Positions 39,640 to 49,108 of a stretch of DNA of 64,000 bases are shown here, in pieces. How positions within the stretch are numbered: the stretch's first letter is position 1; the number at the start of each line of letters is the position of its first letter. This DNA comes from an uncultured Bacillota bacterium. Lineage in GTDB: Bacteria; Sysuimicrobiota; Sysuimicrobiia; Sysuimicrobiales; Segetimicrobiaceae. Below the pieces are notes generated by a model, which was not told where the DNA came from, did no database searches, and saw only the letters and a program-made list of their open reading frames with translations. The stretch spans positions 704,001 to 768,000 of the forward strand of contig CAWDRG010000009.1 in NCBI GenBank assembly GCA_963804645.1, read 5' to 3'. Made by a program: the position numbers and the translations under genes.

Positions 39640-40917
39640 CTACAGCAGCGCGTGGGCCACTTTCCGGGTGGCGCGCACGATATCCGACTCGTCGCGTTCC
39701 GTGAAGAGCGGGTTCAGCTCCAGGAGCAGCACGCGCTTCAACAAGTCATCGCTCTGCGGGAACATCCCCTTCTCGAGCCGCGCCCGGCCCTTGTAGCGCG
39801 GGCACTGCCAGGAGCAGGGGTGCTCCGCGAACATCCGGCGCTCGATGATCTGGTCGAAGTGGTAGTAGACGTGCTGGCCGCTGTCCCACGCGACCCCGAC
39901 GTGCACCCCCTCGGCCGTCAGCGCGGTGCTGAACTCCCGCGCCGACTCCGCGGTCGGCAGGTAGAACATCAGCGTCGCCCCGGTGTCGCCGTCGGGGTCG
40001 GGCAGCCGGCGGATCGTCAGGCCGTCGATGCCGCGCAGCCCGTCGATCATCGCGGCCTTGTGGCCGCGCATCTGCTCGAGGATCCACTCCATGCGCGCGA
40101 GCTGCACGAGCCCGAGCGCGCCCGTGATCTCGTTCATCCGGAAGTTGATGCCGATCATCAATTCGGTGCCGCCCGGAAACGTCTCGTCCAGCTCCTCCAT
40201 CCGGATCGAACCCTGGTCGTGGTAGCGGACGGCCCGCGTCCACAGCTGGGGCGAGTCGGTGACGACGATCCCGCCTTCGCCGGTCGTGATGACCTTGTGG
40301 TACTGCATGCTGAAGGCGCCGATGTCCCCGATCGTGCCGAGGCGCCGGCCCCGGTAACGCCCGCCGAGCGCCTGGGCGGCGTCCTCGACGATGCGCAGGC
40401 GGTGGCGCTTGGCGATGTCGAGGATCGGGTCCATGTCCGCCCCGGCCCCGCGCATGTGCACCGGCAGGATGACCTTGGTGTACGGGGTGACCGCGGCCTC
40501 GATCTTGGTGGGGTCGAGGGTCAGCGTCTCGTCGATGTCGACGAACACCGGCACGGCGCCCAAGTGGACCACCGCGTTGATCGTGGCGATCCACGTGTAC
40601 GTGGGGACGATCACCTCGTCCCCCGGGCCGACGCCGAGCGCCGCGAGCGACGTCAGCAGCGCCGCGGTGCCCGAGGTGACCCCGACCGCGTGCTGCGCGC
40701 CCACGGCCTTCGCGAACGCCTGCTCGAACTGGGTCACCTTGTGGAGCGGGCGGGGACCATAGTGACGGAACAGACTCTGGCTGTCCAGCACCTCGAGCAC
40801 CGCGGCTTTCTCCGCGTCCCCGATCAAGAGCCCTCCCGGGTACCCGGGCAGCAGCGGTTCCGTTCGAACCGGCGTCCCGCCGTGGACGGCCAAACGTTCC
40901 TCGGTGCCCTTTGGCAT
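39640..40917 (-). CDS. DegT/DnrJ/EryC1/StrS PLP aminotransferase
   Basis: LAVHGGTPVR, TSGTAAL, GPGDEVIVP, IVEDAAQA, FSMQYHKVITTGEGG. Confidence 0.95.
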   Translation of the reverse strand: MPKGTEERLAVHGGTPVRTEPLLPGYPGGLLIGDAEKAAVLEVLDSQSLFRHYGPRPLHKVTQFEQAFAKAVGAQHAVGVTSGTAALLTSLAALGVGPGDEVIVPTYTWIATINAVVHLGAVPVFVDIDETLTLDPTKIEAAVTPYTKVILPVHMRGAGADMDPILDIAKRHRLRIVEDAAQALGGRYRGRRLGTIGDIGAFSMQYHKVITTGEGGIVVTDSPQLWTRAVRYHDQGSIRMEELDETFPGGTELMIGINFRMNEITGALGLVQLARMEWILEQMRGHKAAMIDGLRGIDGLTIRRLPDPDGDTGATLMFYLPTAESAREFSTALTAEGVHVGVAWDSGQHVYYHFDQIIERRMFAEHPCSWQCPRYKGRARLEKGMFPQSDDLLKRVLLLELNPLFTERDESDIVRATRKVAHALL

Positions 40918-40944
40918 CTCTTCCCTCCCGGTTGGTCCGGCGGA

Positions 40945-41760
40945 TCAGCTCGCGTAGTCGGCGATGTGCTTTTTCATGCGGGCGGCGAGGCGCTCGACGT
41001 TGCGCTCGAGCCGCGCCGCGCCCTCTTCACGCGTCGCCAAGCGCGGGTCTTCCTCGGCGGGGAGCATGAAGTCGGGGGTCGGGTGCCCGTCGAACGCGGC
41101 GCCGTTGACGATGCCGAAGTCGCGGTAGCGCAGCGGCGTGCCCTTGGGCGGCAGCGCGCTCAGATCGACGCTGCCCGGCGCCTCCACCATCATGAACGCG
41201 GTCTCGCCGCGTCCGGCGTGCCCCGGATCCTGGCCGGCCGGGGCGGGGGAGCCGCCCGCCGATTCGTACAGGACGGTGACCCGCGGCGTCTCGTTCTCCT
41301 CCAAGGCGACGCGGCGCAGCGCCCGCTGGTGGTTCGGGGCGCCGTGCCCGTTGATGATGACGATCAGCCGCCAGCTGTCCTGCTTCAGCAGCCGGACGAT
41401 CTCGCGCACGACGACGGCGAACGTCCCTTCCTCGATGTAGAGGCTCTTGACGGGGAAGCCCGGGAAGTCCATGCCGACGACCCGCTCGTGCCCTTCGAAG
41501 CCGAGCGGGCGCAGGCCCTGGGGGCCGTCCGGGACGCGCACGGTCTCGGAGCCGAGGTGGTAGGCGGGGAGGACGACCCCGCCGACACGCTTGGCGACTT
41601 CGACGGCGACCCGATGGGCGGCCATCGCGTCCGTGCCCATGGGCATCGCGGGGCCGTGCCACTCGAGCGGCCCGAACGGCACGTACACGACCGGACAGCG
41701 CCGGCGCGCCTCCGCGATCTGCGGGGGGCGCATCAGCTCAAACTCGACCAACTCTGCCAT
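40945..41760 (-). CDS. Creatininase family amidohydrolase
   Basis: PFGPLEWHGPAMPMGTD, NGHG, HAGRGET. Confidence 0.92.
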   Translation of the reverse strand: MAELVEFELMRPPQIAEARRRCPVVYVPFGPLEWHGPAMPMGTDAMAAHRVAVEVAKRVGGVVLPAYHLGSETVRVPDGPQGLRPLGFEGHERVVGMDFPGFPVKSLYIEEGTFAVVVREIVRLLKQDSWRLIVIINGHGAPNHQRALRRVALEENETPRVTVLYESAGGSPAPAGQDPGHAGRGETAFMMVEAPGSVDLSALPPKGTPLRYRDFGIVNGAAFDGHPTPDFMLPAEEDPRLATREEGAARLERNVERLAARMKKHIADYAS

Positions 41761-41844
41761 GGGATCCTCCTCTGGAAACGCGGCTGCGCGGCCGCGCGGC
41801 GCGTCCGGACGGCTCCGCGCGGCTCACTGCTCCGTACCGGGCGG

Positions 41845-43314
41845 TCACGAAGACGTTTCGTCGTACCCCGCGACGTTCGTGATGATCGGGTGCCAGTCGA
41901 ACTTGGTATCGAGCGGGTAGATCGGCCGCGTCACCTGCCGGTACGGCAGCCGCGTGAAGTCCATGTCCGCGTAGCCCGGGGTCAGGGCGAGGATTTCCCT
42001 CGGCGCGATCGCCCGGATCGGCGCCATGAGGTAGCCGAGCTTGATCACCACCATCTTGTGCTTGAGCGGATCGATGCCCGCCTTCTTGAAGTCGTCCGGG
42101 TGCCGGTAGATGTACCGCCGGTCGGAGAGGATGACCCGGATGCCGTTCGCGTTGAGCGTCGCGAGCCTCGCGTCCCACGCCCCGGCCGCCGGCTGGTACA
42201 GATGCTCCACCGTGCCGGTCAGTTTGACGGGTCCGCCGCGGACCGTGTCGAGCTTGCCGCCGACCTCCACGGTGACCTTGGCGCCCTGCCCCGCCTTGAA
42301 GCACGCGTCGGTCGCGACGGCGTCGGGAAACCCCGCGACGACCGCGTCCGGCACCTTCTTGGCCACGAGCCGCGCCAGGAAGTGCGTCGAGTCGCCGGGT
42401 GCGCCCGCGGTCGGGTTGTCGCCGGAGTCCGCGATGAACACCGTGCGCTCCGACTTGAGCGCCTGGTCGATCGCCTCGTCGGCGGTCGCGGCGACCTCCT
42501 GGTCGAACACGAAGTGCTCGCGCTGATCCCACATCGCCTGCGCCATCCGGCGCGCCTGGCGGCGCGCCAGCGGGAGGGCCGCGTCGTTCTCGGCGGTCAC
42601 GAGGACGTTGGCGCCGGCGTGCCAGGTGTCCGCCCACCCGAAGCCGATCAGCACCTCGGCGTTCAGGATGCCCGGCATCTGCTCGATCTCGAGCGCCATC
42701 TTGAGCATCGACTTCATCGGCTCGACCGCCATCGTGGACCGCTCGCCCGGCAGCAGGAGCGGAATGCGGATGAACACCGGCCGGGGCCGCAGCCGCCCGC
42801 GGACGACCTTCGTCAGGATGCCGAGCGTGCGCTGCAGCGTCTCGGGCGCGTCGGCGTGGGGCGCTGTGCGGAAGCACGCCCAGGTGTCGGCCTTGTTCGC
42901 GAACTCCTCGGTCAGGTTCGCGTGGGGATCCAACCGCACGGCGATCGGCAGGTCGCGCCCGACGGCCGCCCGGATCATCCGGACCTGATCGGTCTCGCCG
43001 CTCCAGACGTTCTCGACGAGCATCGCGCCGTGCAGGATCATGCAGATGCCGTCGAGCTTGCCGGCGTCCCGCAGCCGGGCGAGCGTCTCGTCCCGCAGCT
43101 CGAGGTACGTCCGCTCCTGCACCACGCCGGAGGGACAGCGAGCCGACGCGACGAGCAGCGGCACCGGCTCAAACTCGAACTTCTTCGCGGCCTCCGCCAG
43201 TCCGGCGTAGCCGAGGATGTCGGGCTCCCGCAGGACCCGGAAGTCCTCCATCGTCTGCGGGATGGGCGAAAACGTGAGAGCCTCGTGGCTGATGCCGGCG
43301 ATGCCGATGCGCAT
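41845..43314 (-). CDS. M81 family metallopeptidase (MlrC-like)
   Basis: GISHE, LHGAM, LDPHAN, RTAPH, DSGDNPTAGAPGD. Confidence 0.93.
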   Translation of the reverse strand: MRIGIAGISHEALTFSPIPQTMEDFRVLREPDILGYAGLAEAAKKFEFEPVPLLVASARCPSGVVQERTYLELRDETLARLRDAGKLDGICMILHGAMLVENVWSGETDQVRMIRAAVGRDLPIAVRLDPHANLTEEFANKADTWACFRTAPHADAPETLQRTLGILTKVVRGRLRPRPVFIRIPLLLPGERSTMAVEPMKSMLKMALEIEQMPGILNAEVLIGFGWADTWHAGANVLVTAENDAALPLARRQARRMAQAMWDQREHFVFDQEVAATADEAIDQALKSERTVFIADSGDNPTAGAPGDSTHFLARLVAKKVPDAVVAGFPDAVATDACFKAGQGAKVTVEVGGKLDTVRGGPVKLTGTVEHLYQPAAGAWDARLATLNANGIRVILSDRRYIYRHPDDFKKAGIDPLKHKMVVIKLGYLMAPIRAIAPREILALTPGYADMDFTRLPYRQVTRPIYPLDTKFDWHPIITNVAGYDETSS

Positions 43315-43324
43315 GCGTTCCCTC

Positions 43325-44194
43325 CTATTTGATCGCGCCGCTTCCCAGTCCCTGGACCACCCACCGCTGCAGGAGCACGAAGATGACCACGAGCGGGAGG
43401 CTGGACATGGTGGTGAGCGCCATGATGCCGTTCCAGTCGCGCACGTACTCGCCGAAGAACGAGGACATGCCGACGGTCAGCGTCTGCGAGTGCGTGGTCT
43501 CCGTGAGCACGACGGCGAGGAGATACTCGTTCCAGGCGCCGATGAAGATGAACGCGGCGACCCCTACGACCCCCGGCACGGCGAGCGGCGCCACCACCTT
43601 CCAGAGCGTCTGGAGCCGCGTGCACCCGTCGATGAGCGCCGCTTCGTCGAGCTCGTGCGGAATCGAATCCAGGTAGGCCTTGATGAGCCAGGTCGACAGC
43701 GGCAGGAGAAACGCGGTGTTGGCCACGATCAGGCCGGGCACCGTGTCGTACAGCCCGACGACGTGGGCGAGGCGGAAGTACGGGATGATCAGGACGACCC
43801 GTGGCAGCATGAGGAGGCTCAGGATCGCCATCAGCATGACCTGGCCGCCGGGCAGCCGGAACCGGGAGAACCCGTAGGCCGCGAGCGAGCCGAAGAACAG
43901 CGCGAGGACGAGCGCGCCGAACGACAGCTCAATGCTGTTCTTGAAATAGGACTGGTACGTGGGGTTGTTGAGGATCTTTTCGAAGTACACGAGCGTGATC
44001 GATCTCGGCCACAGGACCGGCGGGTAGTTGAGCACTTCCCGGATCGGCCGCACGGCCGCGCTCACCATCCACGCGACCGGCACCAGGATCAGCACGGTCG
44101 AGAGGACCGTGAGGCCGACGACCCAGATCTGCCGGGAGACCTCCGCACGGCGGCGGCGCGAGCCCGCGGCGGACGCGACCGTGGAGGCTACCAT
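43325..44194 (-). CDS. Carbohydrate ABC permease (MalG-like)
   Basis: IPHELDEAALIDGC; AWNEY. Confidence 0.93.
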   Translation of the reverse strand: MVASTVASAAGSRRRRAEVSRQIWVVGLTVLSTVLILVPVAWMVSAAVRPIREVLNYPPVLWPRSITLVYFEKILNNPTYQSYFKNSIELSFGALVLALFFGSLAAYGFSRFRLPGGQVMLMAILSLLMLPRVVLIIPYFRLAHVVGLYDTVPGLIVANTAFLLPLSTWLIKAYLDSIPHELDEAALIDGCTRLQTLWKVVAPLAVPGVVGVAAFIFIGAWNEYLLAVVLTETTHSQTLTVGMSSFFGEYVRDWNGIMALTTMSSLPLVVIFVLLQRWVVQGLGSGAIK

Positions 44195-45120
44195 GATTCC
44201 TGCTGCCGGCGCTGGAGGACGCGCAGGTAGACTTGGGTGATCACGGTAAGCAGCAGCAGCATGATCGTGCTGGCCGCGGCCCCTTCGGTCAGGTTCCCGT
44301 CCATCAGCCCCGTTCGGTAGATGTAAAACGCGACCGTTTCGGTCGCGCGGCCGGGCCCGCCCTGCGTGAGCATGTTGACGAGGTCGACGTGCCCGAACGT
44401 GGTGATGATGTCGAGCGTCGAGAGGGCCACGAGCACCCCCCTGAGCTGCGGCAGCGTGACCGCCCAGAACCGCTGCCACCCGTTCGCCCCGTCGACCTTC
44501 GCGGCGTCGTACAGCTCCGGCGGGATGTTCTGCAGACCGCCGAGCAGGGCGATCATGTAAAAGGGATAGCTCTTCCAGGTGTTGACGAAGATGATCGAGG
44601 CGAGCGCGAGGTTCGGGTTGCCCAGGAAGTCGATCGGGCGGGTGATGTGCAGGACGCCCGTCGCGATGTAGTTGAACAGGCCGTACGGGTCGTACAGCAG
44701 CGACCACATGAGCGCCGCGGCCGCGGTGGAGAAGACCCACGGCAGGATGAGCGCGCCCCGCATGACGTTGCGCAGCGAGTGGCTGAACCACACCTCGTGC
44801 AGCAGGAGCGCAAACGCGAGGCCGATCGACAGCTGCAGGACGACGGACGCCACGGTAAAGATCGACGTGTTCCAGACCGCGTTCCACCAGATATAGTCGC
44901 CCAGGATCTTGGTGTAGTGGGCCACGCCGACGAAGTGCCACACGCCGTTGTTCACGTCCTGCAGCCCCATGCCGATGACCGTGACGATCGGGTAGATCGC
45001 CGTCACGATCAGGTAGAGGATCACCGGCCCGACAAAGAGGTACCCGGTGGCATAGGCGGGCAGCCGGCGCCGGGACGGCGCCGTTGCGGCCGCGCGGGCC
45101 GGAGCTATCGCTCGTGCCAC
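44188..45120 (-). CDS. Carbohydrate ABC permease (MalF-like)
   Basis: NTWKSYPF..GLQNIPPELYDAAKVDGA; TQGGP. Confidence 0.93.
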   Translation of the reverse strand: MARAIAPARAAATAPSRRRLPAYATGYLFVGPVILYLIVTAIYPIVTVIGMGLQDVNNGVWHFVGVAHYTKILGDYIWWNAVWNTSIFTVASVVLQLSIGLAFALLLHEVWFSHSLRNVMRGALILPWVFSTAAAALMWSLLYDPYGLFNYIATGVLHITRPIDFLGNPNLALASIIFVNTWKSYPFYMIALLGGLQNIPPELYDAAKVDGANGWQRFWAVTLPQLRGVLVALSTLDIITTFGHVDLVNMLTQGGPGRATETVAFYIYRTGLMDGNLTEGAAASTIMLLLLTVITQVYLRVLQRRQQESW

Positions 45121-45192
45121 GTGGGAGTCACCCGCTCTCGGAGACGCGCGCCCCGGCGCCCGTATCGGGCGCCGGGGCGGCGTCTGCGCGCG

Positions 45193-46464
45193 CTACTTGG
45201 ACTGGTCGATCGCCTGCTGCCAGCCCGCGGCGATCTTGTCGAGGCCCTGCTGCGCCGTCTCCTTGCCGCTCATCATGTCCTGCCAGTCGCTCTTGAAGCT
45301 GTCGAACAGCCCGCCGGTGGCCGGCAGGATCGGCAGCGTGATGTTCGCCTTCGGGTCCTGATTCGCCATCTGCCCCGCGTACTTGAGCATCGGATCCGTG
45401 CTGCTCGACAGCGAGTCCATCGAGAACTTGTCCGCCCACGGGAGGCTGACGGCCTTGGTCATCATGATCGACGCCGGCTGGGAGTAGAGGTACTTGAGGA
45501 ACGTCCACGCCGCGTCCTTGTTCGGCGACTTGGCGCTCATCGCCACACCGCTGCAGCTCCACAGGTAGCCGCCCGTCCGAGCGTGCCACGGCGGCGCGTA
45601 CGCGATCTTGATGTTGGGGTCGATCTGCTTGGCCTTGCTCCAGATGAAGGGCCCGTCGATGATGCTGTCGACCTGCCCGCTCGCGAGGTACTCGAGCATG
45701 CGGGTCTGGTCCTCGCCCATCGATCCGGGAACGGCCAGGCCCATGTCGTAGAAGCTCTTCCACCAGTTGACCGCTCGGACGCCGGCCGCGCTGTTCAGCG
45801 TGATGTGGCCGCTGGCGTCCATGAACTGACCGCCCTCCTGCGCGAGGCGGAAGCCGAAGTACCGGGTGGCGACAAACCCGCCGTCGCCGAACGTGAGGCT
45901 CATGCCGTACCGGCTGCTGGAGGTGTGCATCGCCTTCTCGACCGAGACGAACTGGTCCCAGCTGGTCGGGGGCGACAGGTGCGCCTGCTGGAAGAAGTCG
46001 ACGTTGTACGCGAACTGGTACGGGATCAGGTACAGGCAGAACGACAGGGTGTCGCCGTTGATCTTGCGCAGCGTGGTCGGCAGCAGCGTCTGGGCGAACG
46101 GCTTGTCCTTCGCCAGCCACGGATCCAGGTTCTCCACGTAGCCGAGCTTCTTCAGGCCGATCAGCCACGCGCCCTCGGTGCCGAAGACGTCGTAGTTCTC
46201 GCCCGCGGCGGCCGCGGCGTTCAGCTTGGTCGGCATCTCGGGGTAGGGGGTGTCGACGACGTCGACTTTGATGTTGGGGTTATCCTTCGCAAAGCCGGCC
46301 ATCAGGGCGTTGAAGTTGTTGGGCCCCCACTCGTTGACCCACCACTCCATCCATTTGATCGTGACCTGCGAGGTGGCGGCGGTGGCGAACGTGGAGATCG
46401 ACAGACTCAGGATCGTCGCAACGGCGACCAGGACGGCGGTACGCAGAACCGGTTTGTGCCGCAT
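45193..46464 (-). CDS. Sugar ABC substrate-binding protein
   Basis: Signal peptide; FAKDNPNIKV; YNVDFF..PPTSWDQF; SPNKDAAWTFLKYL. Confidence 0.92.
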   Translation of the reverse strand: MRHKPVLRTAVLVAVATILSLSISTFATAATSQVTIKWMEWWVNEWGPNNFNALMAGFAKDNPNIKVDVVDTPYPEMPTKLNAAAAAGENYDVFGTEGAWLIGLKKLGYVENLDPWLAKDKPFAQTLLPTTLRKINGDTLSFCLYLIPYQFAYNVDFFQQAHLSPPTSWDQFVSVEKAMHTSSSRYGMSLTFGDGGFVATRYFGFRLAQEGGQFMDASGHITLNSAAGVRAVNWWKSFYDMGLAVPGSMGEDQTRMLEYLASGQVDSIIDGPFIWSKAKQIDPNIKIAYAPPWHARTGGYLWSCSGVAMSAKSPNKDAAWTFLKYLYSQPASIMMTKAVSLPWADKFSMDSLSSSTDPMLKYAGQMANQDPKANITLPILPATGGLFDSFKSDWQDMMSGKETAQQGLDKIAAGWQQAIDQSK

Positions 46465-46585
46465 CGCGCTTCCCTCCCGAAGTGACGCCTTCGTGCGGGA
46501 CACGCGGAGGAGCGCTGCCTCCCCCGCGTGCTTTCGCGTGGGATTAGGCGTTGGGGCGGCCGGTTCCTCCCTGCGGGGCGGGGGG

Positions 46586-47509
46586 TTATTTCCAGACGTG
46601 CACGTAGCTCGGGGGGAGGGTGAAGGTCTGCCGGCTGGCCTGGGCCGCCACCGTCAGGGCCGCCCCGGCCGCGCCCGCGGGCGTCTGATCCCAGACCCCG
46701 ATGTCGAGCCGGGGGAGCCGGGCCGGGTCCGCGTGCCGTCCGACCGTCCAGCCGATCGTGGTGAAGAGGTAGTGATACCCGGCGGTGTTGGCGAGCGCGA
46801 TCAATTCCGGGGTGTACTGGCCGTACGGGTACACCATGGCGTCGACGGGTTGTCCCGTTTCCTGTTCGACGATGGTGCGCGCCTTCACGAGATCGGACGA
46901 GACCCGCGCGCGGTACTCGGCGTCGGTCTCGCGGCGCCCGTCCGGCAGGACGGCGATCCCCACCGTGGCGGCCGTGGTCGCGCCTCCCCCGATGCCGATC
47001 CCGCGGTGCAGGTCGTAGGTCTCGGTGTAGAAGCGGACGAGGCCGGTCTGGCTCATCGCCTTGATCTCGTCCCAGGTGAAGTCGTGCGCGATGCGGCCCA
47101 CGTTGGCGACGATCAGGAACACCGCCGCGGGGATGCGGTCGTGCTCGAGGACCGGCAGCGCGTAGCGATAGATGCCCGCATACCCGTTGTCGAAAACGAC
47201 GCAGACCGCGTTGGGCGGCACCGGCGCGCCGGCCGACACGAACCGCTCGAGGTCCGGGACGGACACGAAGTGAAATCCTTCGCTGAGCAGCAGGTTCATC
47301 TCCGCGGCGAACTCCTGCGGCGAGACCGTGTCCGTGTCGCGGGGTACCGTCGGCGAGACGTCGTGGTAGGTCAGAACGGCGATCTGGTCTTGATAGTGGA
47401 CGGGCGCCTCCGGCGCTGCGCCCGCGGGGGTGCCGGGCGCCGCGAGCAGCGCGGCGGCGCCGAGTACGAGCAGCGTGCCCCGTGCCCATCCGAGCCGCAT
47501 GCGCTCCAC
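46586..47509 (-). CDS. Secreted polysaccharide deacetylase (PgaB/IcaB-like)
   Basis: Signal peptide; VLTYHDV, VFDNGY, YPYGQY, LPRL. The DD motif reads DN and the usual first His of HTxxxH reads E. Confidence 0.85.
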   Translation of the reverse strand: MERMRLGWARGTLLVLGAAALLAAPGTPAGAAPEAPVHYQDQIAVLTYHDVSPTVPRDTDTVSPQEFAAEMNLLLSEGFHFVSVPDLERFVSAGAPVPPNAVCVVFDNGYAGIYRYALPVLEHDRIPAAVFLIVANVGRIAHDFTWDEIKAMSQTGLVRFYTETYDLHRGIGIGGGATTAATVGIAVLPDGRRETDAEYRARVSSDLVKARTIVEQETGQPVDAMVYPYGQYTPELIALANTAGYHYLFTTIGWTVGRHADPARLPRLDIGVWDQTPAGAAGAALTVAAQASRQTFTLPPSYVHVWK

Positions 47510-47630
47510 CTCTCGTGCTGTCGCGCGAATTCGATCGTGACAGTTATAGCAGTGGACGCGCGGGGCCGCAAGCGGAGGCGCGCGCGCTCCCGGCGTTGCG
47601 GGCGCGCCCGGGGCGCGCTATGCTGGACCC

Positions 47631-48146
47631 GTGACCCGCCGCCGTCGCACCGCCGGCCGCAGTGACCGCGGATTTTCGCTGGTCGAGCTCGTGATCGCGC
47701 TCGCGGTCCTGGCGCTGATCCTCGGCATCGCGGTGCCGGCGTACCTGGGCAGCCTCGGAGGCGGCAAGCCCGGCACGAGCGTCGTCAACACCAAGAGCAA
47801 CAAGGCGGCGGTCGACGAGGCCGCCGCCACGGCGGATGCCTGGCGTACGACCGCGTATACCTGCTACCTCCAGAGCCAGAACGCGACCTCGTGCAGCAGC
47901 AACGAGGCGATCGGATTCACGCAGCCGGCCGGCAAGTACTGGAACTGGACGTCGCAGCCGCAGAACGGGGTGGCGGGGGCAACGTACACCGTCGTCAACG
48001 CGGAGGGGGAGCCGGCCGCGCTGACCGTCTCCTGGCCGTCCAACAACGCCGGCCTCGAGAACGGCGAGACGTACGTTGTCAGTCTCTTCATCTCCGGGAC
48101 GAGCCGGGGCCAAACGACCGCGACCTGCCTTCCGATCAGCTGCTGA
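47631..48146 (+). CDS. Type IV prepilin-like protein
   Basis: Basic leader, then G|FSLVELVIALAVLALILGIAVP (class III signal, E5). Two Cys pairs. Confidence 0.9.
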   Translation: MTRRRRTAGRSDRGFSLVELVIALAVLALILGIAVPAYLGSLGGGKPGTSVVNTKSNKAAVDEAAATADAWRTTAYTCYLQSQNATSCSSNEAIGFTQPAGKYWNWTSQPQNGVAGATYTVVNAEGEPAALTVSWPSNNAGLENGETYVVSLFISGTSRGQTTATCLPISC

Positions 48147-48190
48147 CGATCGTCCGCCGGCGCACCCCGGCGGACGATCTGCATCAGATC

Positions 48191-48229
48191 TTTACTCCGC
48201 ATTCACAGCTCCTTCGATGGATCTTCAAG
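48191..48229 (+). promoter_or_regulatory. Four 11-bp-period half-sites (OmpR/PhoP-type box candidate)
   Basis: TTTAC (48191), TTCAC (48202), TTCGA (48213), TTCAA (48224). Confidence 0.4.
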
Positions 48230-48294
48230 CCGTGATTTTACCGTATTTCTGAGGCGTCCATTCCGCAGTTCGGTGGCGTCCAGGAGGTTCGAAG

Positions 48295-49029
48295 ATGTTC
48301 AAGCAGTGGAGATGGATGATCGGGATCGCGCTGGTGAGCCTGGTGGGGCTGGTCGGCGCGCAGGCGTGGGGGCAGGCTCCGCCGCCCTCCCAGCCGCAGG
48401 GTCCGGGCCAGCGGCCGCAGGGTCGGCCGCAGGGCGCGGGCCAGCGCCCCGCGTTCCGCGGGCACGCGCGTCCGGTGATCGGGACGATCGCGTCCGTGTC
48501 CGGAAGTTCGTTCGTAGTCACGACGTGGGCGAACCGCCCGGTGACGGTGCAGACGACGTCCACGACGCGCGTGCTGACCCAGCAGCAGGGTACTGTGGCC
48601 GACCTGCAGTCTGGCGATCTGGTGCGCATTATGGCAACCAAGGCCGCGAATAACGGGGTGGTCGCGGTCCGCCTGAGCGACACACCGGCCGCGCTCGCGA
48701 TGGCGCGGGGCGGGCGTCCCGGGGGCGGCCCCGGCGGTCCGCAGGCCGGCGCGCCGCGGAGTGGTTTGTGGGGCGGCCGCGGGACGATGGTCATGATCGA
48801 CGGGCCGCTGGCCGGGGCCCCGTCGGGCGGCGCCGTGATGGTCGCGCTCCCGGTCGGGGCGCCGCTGGCGGTGGCCGTGCCCTCGACCACGCGCATCTCG
48901 CGGACCGTCTCGCTGCCGGTATCGGGGCTCGCCGTGGGCACCCACGTCGCGGTGGTCGGCACTCCGGCGGCGGCCGGCGGCGGCCTCACGGCCGTGACGA
49001 TCTACGTCCCGGGCGCGCCGACGCGGTAA
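48295..49029 (+). CDS. Secreted DUF5666-like beta-repeat protein
   Basis: AGGAGG RBS; signal peptide; two GTIASV..VTVQTTSTTRV..DLQSGDLV-like repeats. Confidence 0.8.
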   Translation: MFKQWRWMIGIALVSLVGLVGAQAWGQAPPPSQPQGPGQRPQGRPQGAGQRPAFRGHARPVIGTIASVSGSSFVVTTWANRPVTVQTTSTTRVLTQQQGTVADLQSGDLVRIMATKAANNGVVAVRLSDTPAALAMARGGRPGGGPGGPQAGAPRSGLWGGRGTMVMIDGPLAGAPSGGAVMVALPVGAPLAVAVPSTTRISRTVSLPVSGLAVGTHVAVVGTPAAAGGGLTAVTIYVPGAPTR

Positions 49030-49108
49030 GCGGTGCGGGCCGAACGGATCGGGTGATCGCCGTGCAGGGGGCGGCGTCGGCGCGAGCCGAACGCCGTCCC
49101 TCTGCGTC

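Noticed and set aside
39652..43332. 1226-aa ORF on the + strand
   Set aside because: Antisense shadow of three well-supported minus-strand genes, a common artefact in high-GC DNA, with no motifs.
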